The notes beneath the pieces were generated by a model. It worked only from the letters and a program-made list of their open reading frames with translations. It ran no database searches and had not been told where the DNA came from. The translations under genes were made by a program, and so were the position numbers. A stretch of 64,000 nt of DNA, from contig CM102284.1 in NCBI GenBank assembly GCA_046563655.1, positions 7,068,001-7,132,000 on the forward strand, written 5' to 3'. Position 1 is the first letter of the stretch. Every line of letters begins with the position of its first letter. Positions 12,833-27,500 of the stretch are shown piece by piece. The stretch comes from Yuukianura sp. NJ FZ-2021 (Eukaryota).

Positions 12833-13166
12833 CAGTTAAAATTCGAAACTAATCCTAAAATTTCTGCTCGCAATGTCAAAATTTTGTAAAATTCATAGCG
12901 CTGCTATATTAGTCTATCAAATCTTACGCGTTTCCAACAATTTCTTTGCAATAAATTATCAGTACTTCACTTTCTGTAAAATTTTAACACTGTAGGTCAC
13001 TTGTATCAATGATGCAAATCAATTGGAGTGTCAAACTGCTGTAACCGTGTGAAAGTTTAATCAAATTCACCACTTTCCACTTGGAAAATCAAATCGCAAT
13101 TTTCATTGTTCTTGGAAAGATTGAACTAGATTTGATTAATTATTAATTGAACTAATTATATTTTTG

Positions 13167-14565
13167 TTAATCTTCCTTGTAGTATATTGACTCTGACTCG
13201 GAGCGTGGATGCTGTGGGGCCAAGGCTGTCGTTACTCCCAAAACATCTCCCACAGTTTCAGTTAGCTGGCCAAGCACTACTTCCAAGCGCTCCTGTCACA
13301 TGTTTTGAACACGTTCAAATACTTTCTAAAGAAATTCAGTACAATTCAGCATCATTCGCATACCTGTATCAATCCAAGGACACCAGCAGTTAAGGCCAGG
13401 CCAAACAGAAAGTACAGTGAAAATAGAATCACTATCAACGGAGACTTGGAATAAACAAGAAAATTCATTACTCACATTTCAAAAATTACTTGAATGTTCG
13501 ACTTTTTCAAAATTTTGAATTTAAAAATTTACCTGAGGTACCAAATCCCCAAAACCAATTGTCGAAGTTGTGACGAAGACAAAGTAGAAGCTTCCGATCA
13601 AGTCCCAGTCGCTTTCCCACAAATAGAAAAACAGCGTTCCCGGTAGAGCGTACAGCAGAAGCGCTCCGAAAGCCGTTTTCAGTGGCATGTAAAATTCATC
13701 GTCAACTATCATACCTGAACCAAGCATTTCAAAATTTCTAAAATTTCCAAGAATTATTCCAAATTCAAAAGAAGTTTCAAAAGTAAAAGCATACTGTCGT
13801 GGTCTTTTCGCGTCAGAAACAATTTCATGCCCCTCGCCAAAACTTTTGTCGTATCGCCCAAAATGATTGTGAAAATTGGAATTCCAACTAAAGCGTACAG
13901 GACAGTCAGCAGTCTCCCGAGAGTTGTAATAGGCGTGATGTGACCATATCCTATGAAAAGCATATGTCAAAGGTCATTGACCTCAACTGTTTTAAATAGT
14001 AAACCTTACCTATTGTTGTCATGATTGTCACGGCATAGAAGATTGCATTGAAAAACGACCATGACTTTTGACCCGAGTAGGAATTGATTCCGGCTTCAAA
14101 GGCTCCTTGCAGTTCCTCTTCAAATTTTAGCAGACGTCTCCTGGCCAGTGACTTCCAGTCGTCTTCTTTCATGTACGAACTTTGACTTCCTTGCCACAAC
14201 GAATCTAGGAAGTCACGACGAACTTTTTTGACGCCACATTTGAACTCCAGTTCCCGCATTCCCTCGGCCCACTTTCAAATCAGCAATATATAAATCGTTA
14301 AGTTAGACTGACGCCTGAGAGTTAGAGACGATGTTAGGCAATTTGAATTCCAATTCAAAGATATTCGTGTGAAATTCAGGAATTTTTTCTGAAAAACTTT
14401 TTTTTAGTTTTTAGAATTTGGAAAACTTACTCGAAATAGAAACGCTCCAGCTACAACAAAAAAGTAGAGAATGAATAGTCGAAGGCACAATTTACGAATT
14501 GAGGCTCGAAATAAAAATTGTTGATGCGCTCTTTCCGCCTTCGCTGCGTCAATTTCCAGCGACAT
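13167..14565 (-). CDS. Two-pore-domain potassium channel (K2P/TWK family)
   Basis: Multi-exon, with four predicted TM segments and two P-loops: SWSFFNAIFYAVTIMTTIG|YGHITP (split by an intron) and WDLIGSFYFVFVTTSTIGFGDLVP. Last exon ERLEVVLGQL...YYKED*. The start ATG is inferred. Confidence 0.9.
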
Positions 14566-15978
14566 TTTTAACGCCAAATTCCTACGCAAAGGTGTGAGGA
14601 TTTAACTTTGAATTTCCTATAAGCACCGGATGTTCTACATGGAATTCTATGATTGACTTCAATATTTAAAAAAAATTGCAGAAAAGTGTTAAATTTTCGT
14701 TTTGACTAAACTTTTTAAAAATATACTCATTTCGAACCAGAAGAAGAGGATAGCACTTTCCACGGTGAGGTTCGTGCAAAGATTGCTCGAATTTTTAAAA
14801 ATAGGATTCTAATTTTAGTTTGTCTTTTCGTATGCTATATTACACGTTTTAAAATTGAGTCGTGTGTGTGCTTTTGGCAGCGGATTTTCTGCATTTTGGA
14901 CAACAGCAGTTGTTTTAACCAAAAGATTTATTAGACGCAAAAGCCTAAGGAGAAATTGTGCTCTGTTTTTGCCAATTAATCTACTGCAAAGGAACTTCTC
15001 ACATTCATTAACTAAAGTTAATTAAAAAAAGCAAACCTAGAGCAAAACCGCAAATATGGAAGATGGAACACACCCCATTCGTTTCCTTCTTTTTTTACAA
15101 AACACTTTTTTCTTTTTTTCTGAAAACCTGATTTACCTGTTTAATTTTCTTTTTATTTTGTGCTGTTTGCTCACGCCGAGTAAACATAATTTTAGATTTC
15201 CAGTAGAATTTGCTTTTTTAAGACCTTGAAAAAAATAAATTAACTTTTATGCGGCGTTTAACTGGAGCAATCAGAACTCAATTGCACTTTTGGATTTTGA
15301 TTTCGGGCTTATACAAATCAAATGACTACCAAAATGTATGAATGCAAAGTCTGCAAAAAGCCATCCTTCGTTTCAATTTGCAAATTTTTCAAAATTGGCA
15401 AACTAAGAACTTGCCATTTCGAAGAATCATCACCATCAAAGGAAACAAAGCAAAAAATTTAACAATTTTTTTTTAATTTAAGTGAATTTTTCATTGTTAG
15501 CTAACGAAAGTGCTAATTTCCACCGGCATTTGGCGAAGACCAGAATAACTTACTCGCAATACTTACCATTCTCAAATCTTACACTTCTTTGCATAAAGTT
15601 TTAGGAAGGAAAACCACAAAACCCGAAGAAATTACTAGGAATTAAGAAAAAATTCCAAAACAAAAGTTCAATTTTAGTTTCAATTCATTCAAGCTTCGTT
15701 TTAAGCAGAGTGGAAAGTCCGCGTTTGAAACTCTATTGATTTTTGCTGATGTTTTAGCATTTGGTTTTGGCAGTAGGCGCATGGCACTGTATTAAAGGTC
15801 AGATTGAAGAAAGTAGAAAGTTCTTTTTGTCATTCTTTTCTTACCCGTATGTTGACGCAACAAATTCTAAAATTAATCCAAATTGGTTTGTTTTTTCAAA
15901 GGCCAAATTGTCAGTAACAGCATAAGGTGACAAATTTAACTCATTTCTGACAGCTCATCCAAACAATTTGTGTAAAAA

Positions 15979-18900
15979 ATGGAGTTTGCCAAATCTCTGT
16001 TTCACAACAATCCACACGAAAAGGAAGGATACTTTGGCGTGGATACAGTTCATGTAAGATTTCATAATTCATATTTGTTGGAAACCGAATTTTATGTTTT
16101 GTTTTAAGTTCAGGTCACCTCGAGGTCAATTCTAAGCAAAAACCGAAGCTAACCACCCAAATATGACAAAATTTAGTTAATCCTTACGTGGTTGTCAACT
16201 ATAGGCCTGGAATTAGCATTCTAAGTGCTAAGAGCTTCATTTCAATTGAATTTATTAGAAACCGCAAGTGGATATGCATATTCATAACCGCGCAAGATTA
16301 ATCTTCATCTGTTCGAATTAGTTTCTAATCCGTCCCACTTCCCCTTCTGTTCATTTTTCGTTACTTTCTAAAAGTCTATTGTCATCTGAACTAATATTGT
16401 GGTTTTAAAACAGAACTAAAAACTCCAGGCATCATAGTAGTTACAATTAGGACACCTTTAGATTCTAGAACGAGGTCATTGTCAGCTAGGATTAGGCTTC
16501 TGGAGTATCATTTGAGGCTTCTTTTGAAAGATTGGTTCATAAACTAAATCTTTGTTTTTGAAATGGATTTACAGAAATTGGCTCTCGTGGAATCTGCAAG
16601 TGACGATCCAGATGGAGAAGTATTGATTTGTTCTTCGGAGAGATCCGGACTGTGCCAACCGCTGAGTCCGAAGCCGGGAATTGCTTTTAGTGCTGTCACA
16701 TCGTCAATGTGGCCACAAGAAGTTAGTTCACCGGTTGCCAATGGCGGTGGATCACTTACCGGGAAGGTTTTGACCAATGGCAGCGCTTCTGTCTTGACCA
16801 ATGGGAGTTCAGCAACTGGCGGAGAAGACGTAACTTATGACGAATTTGGATTCAGAGTGGACGAAGAGGATGGACCAGAACAAAGTTCAAACAAATTACT
16901 CGGAATACCGTTTTCGGAGGATCCGTCGCTACGGTACGTCGGTATTACCGGTTTGCAAGTACATGGTGACAAGTTACCAAGGTCAAACTGATTGATCTCT
17001 GTTTATTTTCTTTGAACAGGTTGCAGTGGACAGCACAACTGGAATTTGCCCACAGTCGTGACGAAGTTGTTGACCTCTCTTGGGAATCCATTCCGCGCCG
17101 AATCGTCTTGAATCAAAAACTGTGGGAAATGATGACCGAAAATGGCGGAATTCCTCACTCGCTTCGACCGCACCTCTGGCCTCGTCTGGCCAAGAAAACG
17201 GAAGAGCGCTTCCTCCCATATTGGCGTGTCGTCAAAGAATCTTCAGCCAATGAGTACTTCTCCTATGCCAAACATATTGAAAAAGATTTAGCTCGAATTC
17301 TACCCGGAAACGGATGTTTTGCCAAACTCAATTCTCCAGGAATCCCAAGACTCCGGAGACAACTTCGTGCTTTGGCATGGCTCTACCCGGATATGGGCTA
17401 CTGTCAAGGTCTAGCAATTGTTGTGGCTCATCTGCTTCTGTTTCTGGAAGAAGAAAGTTCATATGAGGTCATGTGCTCCATTGTCCAAGAAATCCTACCG
17501 CCGACATACTTCCTTTCGGATTTTGTCGGAATTCGACTTGACTGTTTGGTCATTTCCAATTTAGTGGCTAAAAATTTTCCGGAAGTGGCCAATCTTCTGA
17601 AAACTTTTGATATTGACATTACATTGATCGTCTTCCCGTGGATCCTGACGCTCTTCAGTTCAGTATTCCATGTGAAGATTCTATTAAGGATTTGGGATCT
17701 GTTCTTTTCAGAAGGAGATGTCATCATTTTCAGAGTTGTTTTGGCACTGATCAAGTACGCTGGTAAGAATTCACCAAATGATCAAGTATCCAGCATATTT
17801 TTCTAAAACTGATCAAGTTTTTGAATTTGTGAATCTTTTTTGAAATTGCAGAAAAGGAGCTTCTGGAACTCAAAAGCTCTCCAGACATTTTCAATTTTTT
17901 GTCTACTCTGCCCTCAAGTATCGAAGAATTCGATTCCCTGGAAATCGCAAGTTACGATGATGTTAGTAAAAATATGGTGGACACGGCACGGAAGGAACTA
18001 CGTTCCAAAGTACTCACTGATGGCACAGCCCTGACAGTTAAAAACGGCGCAAGGAAAATCAAGAGACGTACAATTCCTTCGCCAAGAAAATCCGCCAGGG
18101 GAAGTCTTCTGTCAAACATTTTCGGTGACCTCCGTGACCCCGATTCAGGAAAAAACAAAAACGTTAGACAAACGGGTGAGTTTGAAACTTAAAATTTGAA
18201 AATTAACATAAAAACCTAAAAATTGCTGGAAATTCAAACGTGACTTTTGATGATTGACCTCCAGAGTTAATGGTTGACCTCCACGATGCAATTCATCAAA
18301 TCGGACGTCACTTCATGTCGAACGACCCTCGCTTCGTGTCCACCAGCCTCGAAGCAGATTTTTCAATTGAAAGTCATGCCAAGGATCACGAACGATTTTC
18401 TCAAGGGTACTCAATCAGGGTCAAGAGGGCAAAGGCCTTAGTTGGTAACGTTGAAATTTCAAATTTAGACCAGCCCACACCATAACCTGTTTTTCAAAAA
18501 AAAAATGCAATTTCTAAAACATTTTAGATTTTGAACGGCGTGATGACGATGAGCTCGGATTTCGACGAAACGACATCATAGTCATCATCAATTGCAAAGA
18601 TGAGCACTGTTGGGTTGGAGAACTGGACGGAGTGAGGTAATTTGAAACAGTCCATGTCCTTTGACACAAAAAGTTTTGACCTTTGACCTGTTGCAGAGGC
18701 TGGTTTCCTGCAAAGTTTGTAAGTTTACTGGACGAACGTTCCAAAGAGTACAGTCCTGCTGGAGATGACTCCGTGACTGAAGGGATCGCTGACCTGGTTC
18801 GTGGCATTCTATGTCCAGCACTCAAACGTATTTTTGAACATGGACTGAGGAATCCCGGAGTGGGTCCAGTCCATCCATGGCTCTTTGTAGAAGAAGTCGC

Positions 18901-19497
18901 TTCCAAGGAAATCGAGCGTGACTATCGCTCTGTCCATTCTCGACTGGTTCTCTGTAACACCTACAAATTAGACGAAGATGGAAAGGTTTTGAGTCCTGAA
19001 GAGGTATCAAAAATTGATTAACGCAAGGATATGTGTCGAAATTTTCTTCGCCCAAATTTTCAAGTTTTCAAAATTTTTGTTACAGATTTTGTATCGATGT
19101 GTGGAATTGGTCAATCGATCCCACGAGAAGGTTCAGATGGACGTCAAATTGCGATCTCTCATTTGCCTTGGCCTTAACGAGCAAGTTTTGCATCTCTGGA
19201 TCGAAATCTTTTGTTCCTCGGCCGAAGTTGTGTCAAAATGGTAAGAGACGTAGCTTCACCTTGCCAAAATCCGAATGACCTTTGACCTTTGGCCATTTTA
19301 GGTACTATCCATGGAGTTTCCTCAACAGTCCAGGATGGGTTGGGCTCAAATGTGAGCTTCGTGTTCTATCCAACTTCTCGTTTATGCTCAGCCTCGACTG
19401 GGAACTGCGACCTCTCAAGGAAGAAAAGCTAGAGGTCAAGAACGGACTAAGGGATATGCTCGTCAAGCACCACCTTTTCTCTTGGAATCTCAACTAA
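15979..19497 (+). CDS. SGSM3: Small G protein signaling modulator 3 (TBC + SH3 + RUN domains)
   Basis: [21 protein letters not shown] domain ([23 protein letters not shown]); SH3 ([44 protein letters not shown]); RUN domain (VMSRLVLC-type [41 protein letters not shown]); ends [10 protein letters not shown]. First exon 15979-16053 is inferred. Confidence 0.93.
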
Positions 19498-20219
19498 ATT
19501 TTCAGTACTTCTCTTTCAAAGTTAAAAAAATGTTTAAAAGCATGCTGTTATAAAATGTAATTATGATTGTTACATTTCAGAACTTTATTTTACTCCAACT
19601 TTGTTCAGAAACATTCCGAAATTATGTTCTGTATAAATACGTACCTGATTAAACTCATACGATCAATTCTTCACTTAAGCTGAATCACCTTTTCCTGTAA
19701 AAATGTTTTCAAAATGCGTAATTACACAGTTTTTCAAAATTTTGAAAACTCAACTAAAAATTCAAAAATTTTATTGCTACTATAATTAAACGCCGTCTGA
19801 AAATTAATTATTTTCTTCTGTGTATGCTGCAGAATGCTTAGATAAGGGAATGCCTTGATGCGTGACGTCACTGACTGCGTGACGTCACAAAAAATTTGAA
19901 AAAGGCGGGAACCTTTTTGTTTCGCATAACATCCGGACAGCTCCGGCCAAAAACCGGAGGTGTACTTTTAGCCCGAATTTTTACTACATTGTTAAAATGT
20001 TGTTAAAATTTAATTATAGGAAGTTTATTAGTTAAATTTTTAATTGTTCCACTATTATGATTATTGGAATGGAGGACGCGAAGTAGCCGGTAGGCGATGC
20101 TAAGAATTGAACTTGTATGTGTAGCTTAACTAAAATTTTAATGTATTGTTATTCATTGTAACTAAAAAGTTATTTTAAGTTCATTTAAAGTTAACTTTGT
20201 TTAAGGTTAACATTGAACA

Positions 20220-21101
20220 ATGGATTCCAAAAGTGTTGTAATTGCAATTTTAATTTTTTGTCTTTCATACGAAATTTTGATTTCTGACGGAAAGAGGAAA
20301 AGGAAAACGCAAACGATATACAAATCAGCAGATCCAGCCTTGATGTCAATGCTCACCTACTTAGATTTCGGTACATTTTTACAAAAAGCATTCGAGTTTG
20401 GAATTTTGAAAATTTTTTGAAATTTTAGAAAGAATTTATTAACATTTAAAAACTATTTTGAAAACAGGCGAAGTCATGGATATGGAAGGAACCTTTTTTG
20501 TTCGAATTTCAGCTACAAGATATTCCGTTTCGGTTGTTCCCGTAAGATTTTTGTTCCATAAATTCAAAAATTTCAAATTCAAGTGAGTTTTTAAAATTTG
20601 TTGTTGCTTCTTTAGATGAACTTTTTCAAGGCCTATCACATGTGTCGTCTCAAAGGCGGGTACTTGATGGACTCCAAAAAGAAGTTCCAGGAAGCTGCTG
20701 CTCATATGTCCAGAGCTGGTGAATTTTTATTCGAAATGTTTCAAATTTTGAAATTTTGATTTTGAATTTTTTGAAAAGATTGGCCAACTACACTTCGATA
20801 TTGGATTGCCGCAACATCTCTAAGCAGAGACAAAGTATATAATTTTCGGTGGTTCAGTACTGGACGAGAGTTGGGTCCATCGGACACAATGTGGGCTCCC
20901 GGTGAACCCAAGAACACTTCGGATTGTTGCGTTTTGATGGAAAAGTCAGAAAAGTCGTTTTTTATGAAAACTGCTAACTGTACGCAAAGGGCTTTAGCGC
21001 TTTGTGAAATCGCTGAAATTCATATTCACAGCCACGCAGGGGTCATGACCCGCAAGAAAAACAGTACAATCAAAATGAAATCCATGTTTACTTTTACCTA
21101 A
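20220..21101 (+). CDS. Secreted C-type lectin domain protein
   Basis: Signal peptide MDSKSVVIAILIFCLSYEILISDG. Spliced exons encode MNFFKAYHMCRLKGGYL, IGLPQHL..FRW and WAPGEPKNTSDCCV..ANCTQRALALCE, a typical CTLD Cys/Trp pattern. Confidence 0.75.
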
Positions 21102-21502
21102 TTTGTATCGAAGTTCTCAACTTCACAAAATTTTCACCTACAATTTCAGATTTTGAAATAGAATTGAGTATTTTAGGAATAAAACAAAACAAAAAATGTA
21201 ATAAGTTAACACATTAATTTTTAGCGTTCAACGCTTTCACTTTGGGAAAATATAAAACGTTTCTTTATGATTACGACTTTTTGTATTTGTTGTTCCTTTG
21301 CAGGTACCCTGAGCACCATGAGTTCAAAAATTTTGAAATTCTTGACTAGATCACAAATGATTTAAATCACGCCTTGACACATCGGTTAACTTCAGCCTAA
21401 CCTAACAACATAGATGTTAACCTAAAATAATTTAAGTTTGTAGCACCCTGGTTAACCCAGTGAATTGACCCACACATTTTTGAAGTAATTGATATGAACC
21501 CC

Positions 21503-24500
21503 TTAGTTAAAATGAGTCAGGGGTATTGACCTTTGACCCCGGGGGGACGAGGAACATGACGAAACCAATTCCGTTTGCAATGTGTTAGGTCGCTTCAGCG
21601 GAGCATTACAATCAATTTCAGGGTCACTCCAAGAATCATCAAGGTCACGCGGACCCCCAGCTTCTGATTCGCTTCTCGGATTACCCGAATCGGGACTTAC
21701 GGCAGATTCCGAACTGCCACCGAATTTAAACGATCGTTTTTCGTGCAAACTTTCGTTTAGTGGCATTCTGGAATTAGAATTAGATCGGAGGGGTTGGGAT
21801 TGAGTTCGTCTGAAACTCGGATGAGATCGGATAGGAATTGTAGAATTTGTTGAACTGCCCAGTAGTGGATGAGAGCTGCCGTCGGCAATGCCAAGCGTAT
21901 TTTCAGTCCTACCTAGTTGACCAATCGCTGCAGTCGAGGAGCTCGTCTCTGATTGGTTGCTGAGCAACTGACTACTGGCACTGCCTAAATCAGGAACAGA
22001 GGGAATGCTCGGCGTTTGTTTTGAGGTCACCGAAGCTCGTTTTGAGCGAACTCTTTTGGAAACGAGATTGGAACTGTCCTGATTGCTTGCATTGTTGGTA
22101 AGTTGAGGTCTCGTTGGGCCATCACTGACCAGTCCTCCAGAATTCTCCGTCAAGGGACTGTCGTCAGTCAATTTGCCAGGGATTAGATCAGACCTATAAG
22201 CATGACCGAGATTGACGTTGAAGCTAACTTAGGTCAAAATTTTCTTGGAGAAAGTTAATTTACATAAGAGAAAGTTTTGGTCAACTGTTAGTTTTACCTT
22301 GAGCTCAAATGAAAATAGTCTACTGGAATGTCTGCCATGAGACTTAGATATAAACTGGGTTCGGCTGCCTCTAACATTGTTTCCAGGAAACATCTAAGCT
22401 CCGTAAAATTTGGTCGAGACACTGGAGAAGTTCTCCAGCACTTTTTCATCAGGGCGTATCTACAAATAAAATAAAATATATAAACAAATAAATATAATAA
22501 ATACATCAAATAACTTTTAGTAAATATAGCGTTACATTTCCTCTGAGCAATTGTCAGGTCTCTCCATCCTGTAGCCCGATTTGAGTAAATTGAAAAGTTC
22601 GGTATTTCCCAGACCAGGGTAGGGCGTCCCACCTAGCGTCACCAACTCCCACAACAGAATTCCAAAGGACCACCTATTGAATCATGTCAAATTTCCATTT
22701 TTAGAACTAAAATTTCAAAATTTCGAAAATTTTCAACTTACACATCGGACTTGGACGTAAAAACATGTGTAAAGATGGATTCTATGGCCATCCACTTGAT
22801 AGGTAGCTTCCCATTGGACTTTTGGTGATAAACATTCCAAGTATAAATGTCCCGACTGAGTCCAAAGTCTGAGATCTTCACTTGCTTGTAATCCCCGAGC
22901 AGAAGCACGTTTCTACCCGCCAAGTCACGGTGAACTACCCGATTTTTTTCAAGAAACTCCATCCCCATTGCAATTTGTCTCGCATAAGACAGAATGTCTT
23001 TTTCATCGATAGGACGACAGTCATCTTCTGGTTCAGCGACTGGGATCTTTCCATCTGCAACACAAATGTCGTTACTCAGGAAAAATGCAACGTTTGTTGA
23101 TTTTATTTGCCTTAAGAGGTTGCGCAATACCTCATCTTGTTTCAAAATTTTACAAAAAAAAAGTTCAGTTGCATTTCTAGTCATCGTTGATCGTAACCAC
23201 AACATTATAAACGATTCTTACAAATTTTACATAGGAAATCGGTACCCGAAATTTTATTTTTTGAAAGTGGTTCTAATGGTACTCCAGTTCTTTGTTATTT
23301 TCATTTTCTTGATAAACAATTGTGGTATTGCGCAACCTGGTAGAAAGAGTAAATGGTTGTCAGAGAACCTTGGGAAAAATGGATTTCATGAGGTGTAAAA
23401 AATGCACATGATGCCTTTCTCTGTTTTTTTGTCGCAGGTCACATGATGAACTTACATTGATGATTGATGACAGTATCAGCAGGAGATACCAACTCGTGTG
23501 GAGAGCCGGAAGATCCATAAGAGGGAATCATGCCACCGTAATTGATATGTGAAGTGTCATTGCTTCGACGACTTGAATTGTGAGAGTCTCCGCTGTTGCA
23601 ACCACTTTCACCGCTTGTCGTATTCTTCATGAGATCCTGTTTTTCAAAGCTCCTTTCACTCCAACTTTGACGGTTATTTGAAAAACCAAGAGTAGGCCAA
23701 TACTTGGCTCTGACCTAGAAAACATCAAAAAATTACAATTAGTTGTTCAGTAGACGGTAAATTTGGTGCGCTAATTAAGCTAAAATTGACTAGCTAATCA
23801 AAGTTTTGAAATTTGAAACTTTACAAAGAAAGCAACAGCTTTGAAAAAACTGTAATATGAGTCTAGCACCCTATTAGCGCTCATGTCTAATCAAAAAGTT
23901 ATGAGAAACATGACGCACGAAGAGAATAAGTGAAAGTTAGCCTAGGTTTATTTTAGATGAAAACAAAATTTGGCGAAATTTGAATATATTAAGCCGAATT
24001 CCCAAATTGGAGAAAAGTGGGCCACTAAATTACTGTTTCCTGTTCTAAATTTTTGGAAAAGTGAAAACATTGAAAAATTCAAAGTTAGATTTTGAAAAGT
24101 CTGATATGAAATTGGAGTACAATGTTAGTATTTACATTTTTTAAAAAGCAAATTACCCTTCCAAAATTTGAAAAGCCGTAATAAAAAACAAAGAAACACG
24201 GAGAAAGCGTACCTAGGAACGATCGATTGATCTAATTTTTGACAAAATTTTGAAACTTTCTCTTTTGCATAACTTCCTCCAGCCCCAAGATTTCAAACTT
24301 TAACTCGATTTAAAGTAGGTGAGGTGCACTTAAAGTTTGCGCATGTCAGGAAAAATGGCTTACTTTTCTTAGAAAAGAGAGGAGGTCACCTCCAGGGCAA
24401 AATTCAAGGACGAGACAAAGGGAGCGTCCTTTCGTACATGCTCCAAGTAGACTAACAATCTGCGGATGTCCGCCAAGGTGTTGCATAGTAACAATTTCCT

Positions 24501-27500
24501 TAATTAGCTGTTCCCGGTCATCTCGAGTTGCAGAAACTGAAAGTCATGAGAAATCTAATGGTCACCAGGTCAAAATGAAATTAGCCAATGTTGTTAGTCA
24601 CCTTTGAGCATCTTGACAGCAACAGTTTCCATTCCATTCTCATCAACTTCTCCGTTTTCACACATCGGAGAGTACTTGGGCCCATTACCCGGGTTCTTTC
24701 TTCGTGCCATCTTAGCCCTTCGGACGACACCAAAAGCCCCTTGACCTATGACCTCCCCCATGATGAGATTGTCGTAACTAATTTCCCATTTCTCCCTGGG
24801 TCCATCATGTAAGGACTTGTGTGTTGAGTAATCATCATTGAGCGGAACAATTGACCAATCTGGAGACATGGCGTCCCTTTCATCCATCGACTGTTGACAC
24901 AAAATTATAGTTTTTGAGAAAAATGGGAGATAATTGGATAAAATTATCCTAATTTAGTCAAAATCGATAGTTTGAGAGCCGAGGTAGTTTGAAAAATAGA
25001 GAGTAGATAGTTTGAAAATTGTTTACTTGAAAGTATTGATTTCTGGCTTGCTTCACTTGTCTTTTCTGAACCAAGAGGCGAAGAAAATGGCAACCAACAA
25101 TGGCCAAGATCATGAGTGAGATTGGAATACAAAGGTAAATCCAGCTCGTAACGAGAGACTCTGATTCGTCTTCTTTGGCTACAAACAGAAAAAGTTAGAA
25201 TTTGACCTTTGAGTGCTAAGTTGACCTTTGAAGTCACAAATCTTACCAGCATAAGTTGAGATTTTGTGGTAAATTGGAGTCGAATCTCCTTTGATCGATG
25301 TGGCAATGAGGGCAATTTGGTAGTGATGATTGAGTAACAAGTCTTTCAGGACAAATTGTGTTACATCCTGAAATAACAATACATAATTAATTGAAACAGT
25401 GCTCAAGTATGTTCACCTTCGGCTGAAATACTCACGCCAGGGATGATATACTTCGCAAGAGATTCAGTAAGCGCAGCGATTCCAAACGCTGAATGTGCCA
25501 CCATTGAGTTGTTATTGTTCCTATCAGGCTCCGGCTTCCCCAGAATCAGCGTATAGCTCTTGAGCCTATTTTGTTCCGAAGTATGCAGAGGTGGATCCCA
25601 GTTGACCTTGACCTGACCTCTTCTGACTTCATCTTCATTTGCAGAATCTTCAGTAATAACGACATGCTCAAAGCTCAAGTTTCTTGGTGGACTTGGCACT
25701 AAAAGTTTTAGCAAAGTTAGATTTCAATGGAACAATTATTCAAGACAAAACAAAGCTGGATTTCGTCATAGTTGGACGCTCATGTTACCGCATTTGTCAA
25801 ACCGGTGATTGTGAGCCATGAGACAAGAGGGCATTATGAAAACTTCGGATTTTAGACCGCTTTGCATTCCGGATCCTCCTTCGTAGTTTCCTCGGCGTGA
25901 AGTGATGCTAACTTCATAAGTTTGTTTAAATTTGAGATCATAGAACCACGTCTGGAGACCATACTCCAAATCCTACCAAATCAACAAAGCGCCAAAACTT
26001 AAAAACTTGCAAACTTGAAGCATCTTGGCCAAAGTCAAAGCAGAATGACGCACTGTGATGGGCCGAAATCCTGGAGAATCTGTCTCCAGGATTTTCCAGT
26101 AACAAATTATGTGTAACAAATTATGTTTACATTTCCAGAAATCATGTACAGATACTACGTAAACCACAGCGGTGTCATTCTGCAGTGATTCATTCGAGTG
26201 ACTAATGATTTTACAGTAGCAAATCACAGGGTCGTGTCAAGTGCATTCGGAGAAGGCTTTACCGTGGCTGTGAAACGTTGAATGATTGATTTCCCTTCAT
26301 CGTCTTGCCTGTTCTGAATAACTTTGTAGTCACAAGGCTTATCTGGAAGTAAAACAAAAACAAATTCATTGAGCTATGCTGTACTTACTAATTAATTTAC
26401 ACAAAATTTAGCAATCAATGTCTGTGACATGGAGACATGTCAAAACAGAGTGGATTTACCTTCTGGAGGATCCCATCCCACTAGAATGTCAATCGAATCG
26501 TCATGTACAATTTCCTTTAGTTTGTAGATCCGCACAGGAGGATTTGCTTCTGTGATTTCTAAAACAGTAATTAAAATGGGCAAAGCTTAAGTTAACTACA
26601 ATTTTAAAGCATTAATTAATATTAATGATTTTATATCTAAATTATTTTTTGCATGGACATTTTACCTTGAAGGGTTCTAATTTCTCCGGATGCTGCTCTT
26701 CCTACAGGTCCATCCGGACTTACCGCAGTAATCCTGTAGCGGTAGGTTTTGCTAGCGTAGGGGCTGTTCAAGGGCTGAATAAGACTTAGCGTCTGCAAAA
26801 TATGTTCAAAAATGTATTTTAATACATATATTTTATACATTTTAACACATCTTATTCAATTTTCATTAATGTGTGTTTACTTCAATTTCAAAAGAAAGTC
26901 GAGATTTACTGGTCAAATTCTAAATTTCATAGCATTTCACCATTTTTCATCAAATTTCGAGTACAAGTCTGAATTTTATTTTTAAAGTTTTTAATTTTCA
27001 AGTTAACATCTCGAAAAGTTTAGAAAGTGTTGGACAGGAGATTGGGCTGAAGTGTCGTCAGTGGCGACATTTTGTAATGAAGCGTTAAAGTGAAAGTATT
27101 TTGAATTACAGTAGGCTGTGACAATGTCAGTGTCAGAGTGACTCTTGAGGCTTACTTTTCCTCGTGTCTCCCACCGGGGCAACGCGGCATTCATATCCAT
27201 TCGCTGGAGAACGAAGACGTAGGGTGTAGGAGTGGCTTTAGAAGACCCGGATGCAATTCCAGCCGTTTCGTTCCTGGAGAAATTAAGTTCCAGCGACCAT
27301 TTGAGAACGACGATGTGAAACTGAGACTTGGCTTCTGGAAGGGACATGTCTTCACACAGAACTTCGGGCGGATTTAGCTTAACTCTGGAAGGAGTCAGGG
27401 TCAAGTCATCCAGCGTCTCAATAACGCTAAGCCATTTTGTTGCTTGTTCCACTTTTTCAACCAAAGCCAAACATTTGTTCAAACAGGAGTCGTCGGAGAG